NCBI RefSeq assembly: GCF_000143415.4
Contig: NW_003314419.1
Location: 220,111 to 248,900, forward strand
Length of the DNA: 28,790 bases
Source: Selaginella moellendorffii
Taxonomy: Eukaryota; Plantae; Lycopodiophyta
Reading direction: 5' to 3'
Shown in pieces: positions 1-11,189 of this stretch. Each line of letters starts with the position of its first letter. The first letter of the stretch is position 1. The position numbers and the translations under genes are program-made. The notes below the pieces were generated by a model that saw only the letters and a program-made list of their open reading frames with translations, was not told the origin of the DNA and did no database searches.

Positions 1-1008
1 AGAAGAGTAGACTTTTACAACATTGATTGTAAAATTAATATAAATCATAACTGTAAATAGTATTTTTATAAATATTTTGATAAATATATGTTAAATTTGT
101 GTTATAGAAAAATAATTCATTTTTTATTATTAGAAACATAAAATAAATGTTATTATTTTTTATTATATATTAGTATGATATATAATTATATAATTTTATA
201 TTTAATGTTCTTTAAATTTAAGTATCAACAATTTATTTTTTAATAAAATAAAGTAAATACTAAAATGCAATAGTAACAGTTTACTCACAAATGACATACT
301 TAATACTAAAATATTTTTCTCTAAATTGAAATAAAAATTGAAATAGAAACTTATTTAATTTTTTTCTTTAATACATAATACATATGAATATTTGTACTTG
401 CATAGTAATTTAATAGTAATTTACTTTTAATTGGAGTTCATAGTTTTATCATAAAGCATTATTACCAGTTCATCTTAATACAATCATTATATCTGTAATA
501 TAATATTTATTTTTGGATGTACTTCTTTTCAAACATCTCTAATGTGGTGCAAATTTGTAGATAGATTTACTTAAGTATATTTTTAAATCTAAAGCCAAAA
601 ATATAATAGAATTCTATTATTCTTTCGTAAATTATGTTAAGATCATTACACTTAAGAAAAAATTAATATTAAACTTATTATTACAGTTCAGATAAAAATA
701 CTTTTGGTCAATATGCAATCAAAATTATAATTTCCCAAAATTAACCTATTATGTTTTGGTAGTATATAATTCTTTGGTTTTATTGAAACTCAATTGCTTT
801 TAACTCATGGCAGCAAACTTGTAGATGTGTTTAGGTTTGTGTAAATTTTTATAAAGGCAATAAAGAAATTCAAAATCATATTTAGTGATGATGAAAAAAT
901 AATCTTATCTTCCCCAACACTTGCATTATTATCTAATTGCATTATATTCCATTTCTCTGGAGATAAATAGTAGCAAAATTATAACAAATTTAACCTTGTA
1001 TACAATCA
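1..1008 (+). repeat. AT-rich subfamily-X subterminal repeat copy lacking the final hairpin
   Basis: Colinear diverged match to ~11190-12325 (e.g. aaatttaagtatcaa, gcaatagtaaca, ttctttggtttt..aaactcaattg, ataaaggcaataaa) and to 2790-3225. Confidence 0.8.
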
Positions 1009-3286
1009 AGTATTTCCTTCTCAAGTATTTTGTCCTTTCATCATTTAAATTCATAATAGTTATCTTTCAGATTATAAGTTAGAAATGTCTTACACACTCT
1101 TGATCTATTAGTAAAGTATGTTCTGTATTATAGGTGAATTGATATCTTTTATCTTATAAAATATTTAATATAAATATTTTTAAAATATTCTTTCTATATT
1201 TCTTAGCAGAGTTGTATTTTTCTCACAAATGTGATAAATAGATTTTCTCTATTTAGAAACCATTAAATTTTAGTATTTTAAATACTTAATCGACCATTTT
1301 GAACCAAGAAGATATTTTCCTTATGTTTTGATAGGGATTGAGATAATACAAATGCAGAAGAAATCTAGAGCAAGATCAAAAGACTTATGTAAACCATATG
1401 TTTTAACTATAGAAAATAAATCATTTCGTCAATATTGAGATAAAAGATAAAACTCATGTAAAGCTGCTGGTAAATTTAAGTAAGATTATGAGCAAAAAAC
1501 TGATTAAAAATATAAAAGACTCTGCTAATTTTTGAGATATTATTAAGATATGGATTTAAGATATCTTATAACATATTAGATACCATGTCATATAGTAGAT
1601 ATGAATGAATAGTTTTATCATGAAGCATTAGTACAGGTTTGTCTTAATACAAATATTATATCTCTAATGCAATTATTATCTATGGATGAAGATAAAAGAG
1701 AATATTAGTTTAAGAAGATCTATAAAGTTTCTCTTATGTAAAAGTTTCTTGAAATAGCTTTTCTATCTTTGGATGGATGGTAAAACTAGTGCATTGATAT
1801 TTTATTTTATGTTTCCTTATCTTCCATGATTTGTCATTGTAAGTATTATTTCTACAACAGCACAGAGGAGCCCAAAAGGTTGTTTATCTATGATATAAGA
1901 ACATAAACCTCTTAGTATATAAGGAGAAAGGTAAACAAGAAATACAACCTTAGATCCTTTATACATGCACAACTAAAGAAAAAATCTTGACACAATTAAA
2001 AGAAAAATACAAATAAAAAACACTTGATGCTAGATACTTATATTTAATTGACTCCACACTACAGTTTTAAAATGACTTAAAACTGCTCTATGAAGTATAT
2101 AAAATGTATAGACAAACTAATAATTGTCTATCATAAACTACTCATTGCTATCTCTTATGGCATGACATCCAGATGACAAATATTCCAAACCATCTTAAGT
2201 TCCACCAACTAATAAATTATAATGATATAACAAATGCATGATGCAATGAATATAGATGGTAGTAAATTCTTGAAAAAATTAACCTTGTATGCATTTAAAA
2301 TAGTAAGTTCGCCAACCAAGATACATTTTCAGCAGAGTTGGGATCCTTGCTATGGCAAGAGAGCATTGGTCTCAGGAGAGTTATGGTTATTAGCTTTCAT
2401 TCATGAGGGTGTAAATTTACAAAAACAGTATGGTGGATTATATGCAACAAAAAATAACAACTTAAAAGATGATATATAGAAAATTAAATATAAAGGGAAA
2501 GGATTTTTAAATAAAAGTGCACATTTTATTCCAATTGGTTAAGGGTATTAGGATACTTGGGGGGTTAAATATCTTAGGGTTTGATAAGGATGACCTCCCA
2601 AAATGTTGAAATTCAAGAGTTTTCTCAAATTAAACAAAACTTTCAGCTTCATATATATATAAAATGTATAAAGAATCTTACAATCTATTGTGTTGCAAAG
2701 AACTATTATGGATTTCTTAGATTTTGTGACTTTATATTTTCTTAATATATCTAGAACCATTCTCCATTGTTGGCTTATGAGGTTTAATATAAATGTGGTA
2801 GCAAGCTAGATAGATTTATTTATGTATGTTTTAAAATGTAAAACCAGACATATAATAGAAATTCTATTATTCTTTAGTAACCTATGAATGTTAGAGGCAT
2901 CATTATAGTTCAGATTAAAAGAATTTAACTCAGTATGCAATTAAAATTATAATTTCTCCAAACTAATCTATTATTTTTTTTGTAGTCTATGATTCTTTGG
3001 TTTTGTGAAAACTCAATTGCTTTTAAAGCATGGCAGAAATCCTGTAGATGTGTTTAGGGTGGTGCACTTTTTTATAAAGGCAATAAAAACATCAAATTCA
3101 AATTTAATGATAATAAAAAATGATCTTACTTCCCCAATACACATTATTATCTATTTACATTATTGTACATTTCTCTGGAGATGAATACTAGAAAATTTTA
3201 GATAAATTTAACTTTATAAATAATAAATTTTTCTAATATTGTAAAATTAGAAAAGAAGAATTATTTATCTTGGGTATGTTATATTT

Positions 3287-3312
3287 CCCAGTGGAGCTGG
3301 GGTCTTTGCTAG
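3287..3312 (+). other. Helitron 3' terminus (hairpin + CTAG), subfamily X
   Basis: CCCAGtggagCTGGG gtctttg CTAG t. Confidence 0.75.
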
Positions 3313-3599
3313 TACTCATATCATCATCATATCATCAAACTCTTTATTTAAAGTTGCTATTTTGGCATTGGCATCACATATTCCATTTTTTGAATATCCA
3401 TTTTTACTTATGGCAGATGCTCTCAATTCAACGATCCAGATTTTTGACGCTCCAAAGCAATGGTGCGGATTGTTACATGGTGGCAAAGAGCTTGGTTTTA
3501 GGTTTAAGAAACGGTTAATATGGCTGTCCGTATCTGGAGCATATTGGATGCTAAAATTTTATTGTGGGAGAAGAAGTGCATCGGATGAGAAGTAGAACT

Positions 3600-4290
3600 T
3601 TCCCGTCCCATATACTGTACATCCAAGACCTCAAGAAGAAGGTGACATCAGAGGTGATTTTTGTTTCAGAATTTCTGAACGATACAGGTATTGCTCAGAA
3701 GAAAAAACAAATTTACTGCTTCTCTAGGTACTCTAACATTCAAGCGAATCCAGGGTGCCTTGCAGCATTTTTCCAGTCCAGTGAAGCTGATCAATGGCAT
3801 CACAACAAAATCCAGTGAGTTTTGTTTTAGAAAAAAAAATGACTACCATCTTTGGATATGCCTGTACAGCTTGCTTTGTGTAGCTCTAGGAGATGTAGTC
3901 GAGGTTCTGGTTGGAATAGGTGGAGAGGCAAGAGCTCAGGCTGGGAAGCAACATCCTTGGAAGCTCTCCAAACAGGATCCGATTGATGCACATGTCTGCC
4001 TGGGTGGAGGTGCGCTCTCTGTTCCTCATTACCAGAGCTCACTGCCACAGATTCTGGAGAGTGCAAGAGACTGTTGGACTTCCAGGGAGTAGTTAGTGGA
4101 AAAGGTAGCTGACCTGTTTCATCACTTTGTTTCATTTCTGTGCTGCTGCAGAGTGACAACTTGCACACCAAGATAGAGGAGGATGAGAAAGAGAAGCTGT
4201 AGAAAAAGTAAGCCCACATCCCATCTCTGTGGCCATGTGTCTGAATCCATCTGTGTTGCAGGGAAGAGGAACGTCAGCTCCAGAAGAAGA
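3600..4290 (+). pseudogene. Unidentified multi-exon host gene fragment(s)
   Basis: GC-richer sequence with short GT..AG intron-like segments (e.g. 3688-3727) and a coiled-coil-like last exon (REEERQLQKKKKR). No family recognised. Confidence 0.4.
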
Positions 4291-4454
4291 AAAAGAGATG
4301 AGCAAAAGGCCGAGGTCGACAGTGACACTGATGAAAGGGAAATGACAGCGATGAAGGCGAAATTGACAGCGCTGGTATGGTTTGGCAGCTTCAATCAAAT
4401 CCAGTAAAAGATGAGAGGTGGCAGATGAACAGAAAAATAAAAAAACTGGGCAAG

Positions 4455-6329
4455 TTTGGGATCTCACCAGTATGGGGAAGACTGGGTAATGCTTTGCGTG
4501 TTTGTGTTTTTTCCAACCATGCTGTTCGTGATTCCAGCGGAAGTTCTCGAAGGCCAAGTTAATCTTTTGAGAGTCGAGCTAGGAGAAGTTCAACTCACAA
4601 AGCTCTTGGGAGGAAAGAGGTGGATCAGATGCCATGGTAAACACGTAAACCTCCTATTTTCTTTCATTTTTTTCTTCAGGAATTCCATCTCTTGTTGCCA
4701 AGCCGCTGGGGTGTAGGGAATTAAAATGCCTGATTTGGTAAATTCATGAAGCCTTGTTCCGCTTTTCCTGACGAACACTGTAGGTACTCCAAAGGCCTCA
4801 GCTACGATTCTATACTGGACTGGGACAGCAACGCTGCTTCTTGATCTTCCTCGCATACGTTATTATTCTTCTCAGAACTAGGTAGCCACAATTTTCACTA
4901 AAATCTAAAACAAGCACTGACTAAAGTCACGCAGATCCGAGTTCATTAAAAATCCTGGACCGCATAAGGTGCTGGTATAGTAGCATAAATTTTTTTTTAT
5001 GATGCTAATCAAAATCTCTCTCTTTTGCACTTCTTTTTAGGTGAAACTTATTCTTTTTTCTGACACAGAAGAGCGTGCATTTCCATTCAGAAGAGAAGCG
5101 GTCAAGAAGGACTCCGAGTTTATGTCTTTCGGATGTGTTTTGTGGAGGCAAGAGGAAGCTTCGATTTTGAAAAGCTGGTAGTTTTAGTGATAATCACGTG
5201 AATTGATTCATGCTTTTGCGTGTGGAGCAGGTTTGGATTAGAGTTGGCACCGGCAGTAGTTTTCATCAAAGATCCAGGTGTCCAGCCCATAACTGTTTAT
5301 GGTAAAAATCTTCTTTTCGGCAGCTTTGAGATGATTTCTTTCACTTTGCGGGTAAATTGCAGGTAAATTGCGTGACTCCTTCATGGAAACTGTGGAAGAA
5401 CATAAAGTTCATGGTAAGGACTATGTAGGCTCTTCCTCCTTTTGCTATCTTTTGAATTGCAATTTGATGTGTGTGCTTTTATTTCTTCCTCAGCTGCAAA
5501 GCATCACGGCTTCCAAACTTGGATGTGATCCCGCGGACTTCTCTGCAGCTGGAAAAGATGTAGAAACATGGTACTGCATTGTGGTTGCTGGAAGGCCTGG
5601 TTTTCAGCTTGATCAACTCTGCAGTGTAAGATTTTCTTTCTTGTTGTTTCTAGCTGACGAGTTTCTCATTTTAGACAATGAGAATTGTGTAAGTGAGGAC
5701 ATTGATAGCCAAAATTTTGCTGCTGCCACTGTATACAAAGACAAGCATTTGAGCCTATCAGGGCTTGACGGCGAAATGCAAAAGGTGGATACTTATATAG
5801 CTCGCTGGTTAATTAATCCTTGTTTTTGTGCAGAAATTTTGCTATTACTGCCTCCCTTCTGAACCCGTCCATGAGACTTGCAGGCCGAGGCAGTACCAAG
5901 TGCAAGACGTGGCAAGGATTTTGATGATACGTTTTAGAAGAGATCCAACATCAAAAGCCGGTGGTGAAGAGAATCAATACCTGGTGGCATTTGAATTATG
6001 AGGAGCCAGATTTAGCATCGATGCTTATTGCTCCATACAGTGATGCAAATGAAATCTCGGAGGTTGGTTGGTTTCATTTAGACTTTTTTCTCTTTTCTTT
6101 GCTATACCAAAGAGTTTTTCTGCAGGTTTTATCGTGAATTTCTAATAGTGTTCATGATGGCGACACAAATGAAATTCCATTCTTTGTAAGTGTTGTGGTG
6201 TTTTGAAAGTATGGAGAACTCTTGACTGTGGGATTTTGTTAGAATACTAAGTCGATGCCTGCGTTAATACCCGAGGAGCAAGCAGTCTTGATGCTCTCTT
6301 CAACACGGAATGCTGTGAGTGGAATGAGG
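4455..6329 (+). pseudogene. DNAJC16: DNAJC16-like (At1g18700-type DnaJ/thioredoxin-fold) gene fragment, copy 1; introns retained, J-domain absent
   Basis: Spliced exons read VELGEVQL / GIPSLVAKPLGC / LDLPRIRYY / VKLILFSDTEERAFPF..VLWRQEEAS (5041-5177) / LAPAVVFIKDPGVQP (5231-5301) / LPQLQSITASKLGCD..TWYCIVVAGR / LSLSGLDGEMQK / KFCYY..DVARILMIRF (5834-6062) / DGDTNEIPFF (6126-6185) / MPALIPE. This is colinear with the plant protein as I recall it. Frameshifts and a stop are present. Confidence 0.85.
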
Positions 6330-6574
6330 GGATTTATAAATAAAAGTTTGTTTAGAAATTACAGATTGTGCATGTTATTAGCTTCTATGCACTATTTGGC
6401 AGAACAAAAAGGGAACACTACATTTAATAGAGTATCCATGACTGTAAGCTTTTAATTTTGTTGATGTTTCTTGTAAAAAAAATTATAAATTGAGCTAAAG
6501 GACAAAAGAAAATGTAATTCAAAATAAAGATATTACATAAACAATCAAAAATTAAAGAAACGAGGAAGAACATT

Positions 6575-7150
6575 ACCAAAACTGACTCTCTTTGGCAATC
6601 CATGCAGCATTCCAGTTGTATGTCGAGAGTCTTCCTGCCAGAAGAACAAAGAAACTATGGTTATAAATCCAAGAGAAAAGCACTAGATTTACCGTCAGCA
6701 TCCACAATGTCATTGGGAAGAAGGATGAGGCAAAGCACAGTGAGACCAGACCAGACAATAAGAGCTTGATCATTCAGTTGCCATGATGCCAAGAGTCCCT
6801 GTGATTGCTTTGGTACTTCCCAAAGCTCTCATGTGTAGAACAGCTTGTGTGCCAAACAAATCCTTGCCAGGCGAGTAAGGGAAGTGATTAATCCCTGGTC
6901 CAAGCGAAAAAAAAGTAGGTGTTGTTGCAAATCACAAGAACTTACACGGGATTTTCTCACGTGAGGTCATGCAGCATCCATGTGAGCAGCAAGGAGAGTG
7001 CGAAGAGGCTGCAATACCCGATTCTTGCCAATCGGCAAGAGATGCTGCTCGCTAATCCCTCACAAGCCTGGCAAGCGTAAGCTGTGCAGCCGGACACTAG
7101 ACAAAATGTCGCCCACATCATCAGATGCTCGCTGGATCAAGAAGCAAAAC
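6575..7150 (-). pseudogene. Unidentified three-exon gene fragment, antisense to the element
   Basis: Minus-strand GTAA donors and AG acceptors at ~6945/6895 and ~6692/6635 join in consistent phase: ..HMDAA*PHVRKSR|GLITSLTRLARIC..DIVDADG|RLSTYNWNAAWIAKESQFW. The stops are TGA, plausibly from CGA. Confidence 0.45.
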
Positions 7151-7549
7151 CTTAGAATTTGATTACATTGTCCCTCGCTTTAGTTTTTTTTTTATAACAC
7201 TAATGCCATGTTGTTCTGTTGTAGATTTTCTATCGTTACAGAACTGAAAGGCAGAGAGTTTATGGTTGCAGTATTCTTGCAGTGATCTGGGTGGGATAAA
7301 TGTTGTATAGCTGTTTTACAGTTTTGGAGTCTATTGAAATATCCAGTGTTTGCTCGAAATTTCCCAGCGAGGAGCGCACTGGCAATGCAGCAGCTTTGTG
7401 CACTGGCGCTCTCAAGTTATCGTCACTGCAGCCACTGATATGATCGTGACTGGCCGCTCAATCGATCAGATGCCATATCTGAGCGCCAATGCCATACCAT
7501 TTTAAGGTTTCTTTTTCCTCCAAGTTGTCCAGATAGCCAGCTGAGTAAA

Positions 7550-8592
7550 TCCCAGGCTGTTCACTGGGAATCCACAGCAGTGTGGCAGTCACTGCCTTCC
7601 TGACATTCTCGAGTTTTCTCAAAAAGTGGTACCATGAGACGGTGCTCAAGCCGGGACAGCCTCCACTTCCACCGGGATCTTTGGCAACGTGGCTGCTTTT
7701 CTCAGAGGCTTCAAGTCTGGAAGACCGACTACATTGCAAAGTTGAGTGATCTTGTACTTTCTTTCGCTTGTTTAACTGTCGCTTNNNNNNNNNNNNNNNN
7801 NNNNNNNNNNNNNNNNNNNNNNNNNNNNNNNNNNNNNNNNNNNNNNNNNNNNNNNNNNNNNNNNNNNNNNNNNNNNNNNNNNNNAAATTTGTAAAGACAG
7901 CTTTGAGACAGGATGGCCGGAGAGCACTGTTGTGCTCATTGGACGAAATTTGTTTGCAGGGTTAACTGGAAAGAGCCACTTGAAGCTCCAAGCCCGCTGT
8001 GAACAATCCCAAAGCTCTCAAGCAGTATGTGCCCCTCATCGTCAACAACATAAAAGCGTCCCTTGTGAGGTGGTCTACGCAGGATAAGATCGTTCTTCTT
8101 ACCAGTAAGCAATTGTCTTAGTTTTCTTGTTGACACTGGTTTTTTCTGATATGACAGTTCACGTTTCTAACTGTCCTCTACATTTTATATGGGAAAGACT
8201 CCAGTCTCGACATGAAAGAGACTTTCTCCTTCTACTACATTGTCAACCAAGGCATTCAGGCTCTCCCCATCAACTTCCTCGGCACTGCCTACAACAAAGC
8301 CATATGCGTTGTACATAGCTTTGTGACGTTTTCTCATTTTCAGGCCGAGGCAAAAGCTCATCAAGCTTATCCAGGACGTGATCAACCAACGCTTCTGGAA
8401 AGCCGCAGGAAACAAGCATTCTTTTGTTGCTCATGGATCCGCCGGATGACAAAAAAGAGGTGCTGGAAGACGCTCATATCATTAGACATGCTCAACATGT
8501 ACATGAATGCTGGTCACGACTCAACGGCTCATGTCATCATGTGGCTGATGATTTCCTAAAGAAAAATCCATGATGTGCTTGAGAAAGTGAAG
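7550..8592 (+). pseudogene. KAO: Cytochrome P450 CYP88 (ent-kaurenoic acid oxidase-like) N-terminal ~60% fragment
   Basis: Reads WYHETVLKPGQPPLPPG / IFGNVAAFLRGFKSGRP / DSFETGWPESTVVLIGRN / PAVNNPKALKQYVPLI..RWSTQDKIVLLT / FTFLTVLYIL / NQGIQALPINFLGTAYNKA / RQKLIKLIQDVINQR / DMLNMYMNAGHDSTAHVIMW (I-helix) / DVLEKVK. These are CYP88 hallmarks. There are many frameshifts, no heme-binding region, and a 100-N gap inside. Confidence 0.85.
7785..7884. other. Assembly gap (100 N)
   Basis: N run. CYP88 is colinear across it. Confidence 1.
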
Positions 8593-9229
8593 ATAGACAT
8601 TTCCAATTTCATACAAACTTTCCTTCATACAAAATTTCTTCTTTAGGCCACATCCAGACTATTCTGTAAGAGTTTCAAAACTTCTGTAATTAAAAAAGAA
8701 AAAAGTATTCTACTGAATTGTACCTCATACAAGATGATACGCTGTGTATTCTCATGCCTCCACTGTTCTAATTCATCTCTGTCACTTCTGTATTTCGAAG
8801 GAAACACTATTTATAAAAACTCTACATTTATGGTTACCCTTTTCTCCAATGGACCTAATGATGACATGTTCAAGATAGAGACAAACTGGTAGGTATTCTT
8901 AAAGAACCATAGAACTGAACACCATCTCTTTAAGGGCAATCTATGAGGCGCTTGTGAGGCTCTGAAGTGTTAACCTCCTCTGGATATCTTTCAATAACAA
9001 GAAAAAACCTTTAACCTATGAAAGGTACTTTTTCACTGCTTCTTTCATGTTTTATGGAGTCAAGTTACAGCTTCTGGAATTCTATGAGCAGCATCTGAGG
9101 AATGTCTAGGGAATGAGAAATAGTAAGGTGTAGTATGATATTTTCTTGTTCTAATAAATAGTTAAATAGGAGTACATTGTACTGCCTGTTGTAGCCTTTG
9201 TGGCTTTGCTTGACTACAAAACAATGCTT

Positions 9230-9675
9230 ACAAAGTCAGAATGACACAAGCAGAGATTTCATAAAAAAAGTCAGTCTCTTGCCACTTCACTCTCAAACAA
9301 TGAAAGCAAATAATGAATCACCCAAGACAAAATGTGGAAGAAGAATAGAATTGGATTCAGCACCTTTGCGAATACCCAGACAGACACATATCCTTGCAAG
9401 AGGAAGAGATCTAACATCAGTTGCATTGCCTGACACTAGATTCAGGAGCTTCCTTAGAATGGCTTGTGGTGGCAGGGAGCATAGAAACATGAGTTCAGGC
9501 CACAAAGGTCACCATTTCAATCTTATTATCAAAGGGTCCTTAACAAATGTGTTACAATCCACTGCTACAAAAACTAACATCGTAAATTCGTGCAAATAAT
9601 GGTATCCTAAGATCACAATCTCCTATTTCAATAGTCCAAGCTAACACATTATTGCAAATGAGAAAAGATGAGACC
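9230..9675 (-). pseudogene. Unidentified decayed two-exon fragment
   Basis: Minus-strand splice-like signals at ~9675, 9578, 9538 and 9230 around a GC-richer patch. No family recognised. Confidence 0.25.
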
Positions 9676-11189
9676 TTGTAGTAAGTAGAAAAATAAGAAG
9701 TTGATAGTTGGCCTAAAGAAGGATTTTAGAGAAAAAACATATAATGGATTTGGCATTTGAAGCAAGAAAGAATAAGGAAGGTTGCTAATCTTATGAAAAA
9801 CATAGTAGTATTTATATTGGAAAGTAATTTTTTTTTCTGCTATTTAGAGAAATCTTTGGTGATGTAGATATTCCAAACATGCAATTCTTATGAATATCTC
9901 AAAAATATCATTATTGTTTTAGAAAACACTACTCTTGAAGACTTAAGAAACTACAAGAAAAAGCTTTGTTAGCTTCTTCTTGGATATGAAAGAAAAACTT
10001 GAGCTACCTTCTGCAGTTCCATAAGCTAAGGAGTCCTTGCTGGTACATCCAAGCACGATATTAGGTGAAGTTCCTTGGGTGTTAAGTCTTATCAAGTGTT
10101 GGGCTATTCAATGAGCACGATAAAAATTAAAAATAGGTTGAGAAAAAGGAGAAACAACATGTCTTACAAATAGCAGATAGGTTTTTTAAAAAAAGTTAGA
10201 ATTTATGCTAGGGTCCTCCCATGATTAATTTAAATGATGATATTAAAAAATATTACAATAATCCAGATAAATTCAAATAATACAGCTTTTTAATTATTGA
10301 TAATGTAAATACTGAATAGTTCTATTACTAATGCAGTAATATTAATGACATGCATTGGAAATTGGGATTAGAGCAGTAATAAAAAATGGAATTTTGTCAC
10401 ACATAATGACATCTTAACACTTCTATGACAATACAGATTTACTTCTTCTGGTAAGCAAAGAAAATCCATTATATCATTCACCATTATAATGTTCAGAAAA
10501 TGGTAATAATGTCAATAATAAGCACTATTTTATTATACCATGATAATAATTAAAAAAATGATAACATTTTATATATATATATATATAAAATATACCTTTT
10601 GCAATTACTCTCTGGAAGAGTTATTTATAATAATAAGGTTTTCAGAAAAACTTTTGACACTTCAAAGATGAAGAGTTAAAGGAAAAAGAAATAGCAAAAT
10701 TAAATATCCAGGTAAAATTAAAAGTAATGACATCTAATCAACATGAGTATACAATTGTGTATCGAAATAATTTCTAGAAATTTCATTATATTAAATAGTG
10801 TCACTAATGTATTGGTCAGATTTACTAAATAATTGTAATAACACTTCAAGAATTAACAAACTCCAGCTCCACTACAAACTCCAGCTTGAAGAAATTTTAT
10901 GAGTAATTTTATGTTCTAAATAAATTTATTTATAAACATTAAAAGTCAGTGAATTCACTTCATTTATCTACATATTTATATTAAACGAGAAAAGTAAGGT
11001 ATAATATATTTTACACTTATTGTAATGTACTGGTTAATGCAACCATGAAGTATTCACACTTTATTTATAATAATGGGTTTTACAACATGACAAATACATA
11101 TAACATGCACATACTTAAGGAAGTTTTAAAAATGTCATTAGTTTTTTAGGATATTTACAAGTACAATTAATTTTCTACAATGGATTTTT

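Larger units (their letters stand above)
1..3312 (+). mobile_element. Helitron-like non-autonomous unit U0 (3' part only; 5' end outside window)
   Basis: Ends in the hairpin CCCAG-tggag-CTGGG (3287-3301), then CTAG (3309-3312) and T. This is the canonical Helitron 3' signature. The AT-rich subterminal 2790-3312 is homologous to ~11890-12411. Confidence 0.7.

Noticed and set aside
2234-2760. Short ORFs in AT-rich DNA (also 16014, 17249, 17575, 19752)
   Set aside because: No recognisable motifs and composition typical of chance ORFs.
4132-4856. Minus-strand ORFs (4132-4557, 4590-4856 and their copies at 25971-26497)
   Set aside because: Largely antisense shadows. The + strand from ~4455 reads as spliced DNAJC16-like exons.
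7936-8136. Minus-strand ORF initially suspected to be a foreign insert in CYP88
   Set aside because: The + strand reads KPAVNNPKALKQYVPLIVNNIKASLVRW, which is colinear CYP88 sequence.
9071-9109. LLEFYEQHLR after a CAG acceptor, resembling the LHP1 chromo-shadow C-terminus
   Set aside because: Only 10 residues, and upstream exons do not support it.
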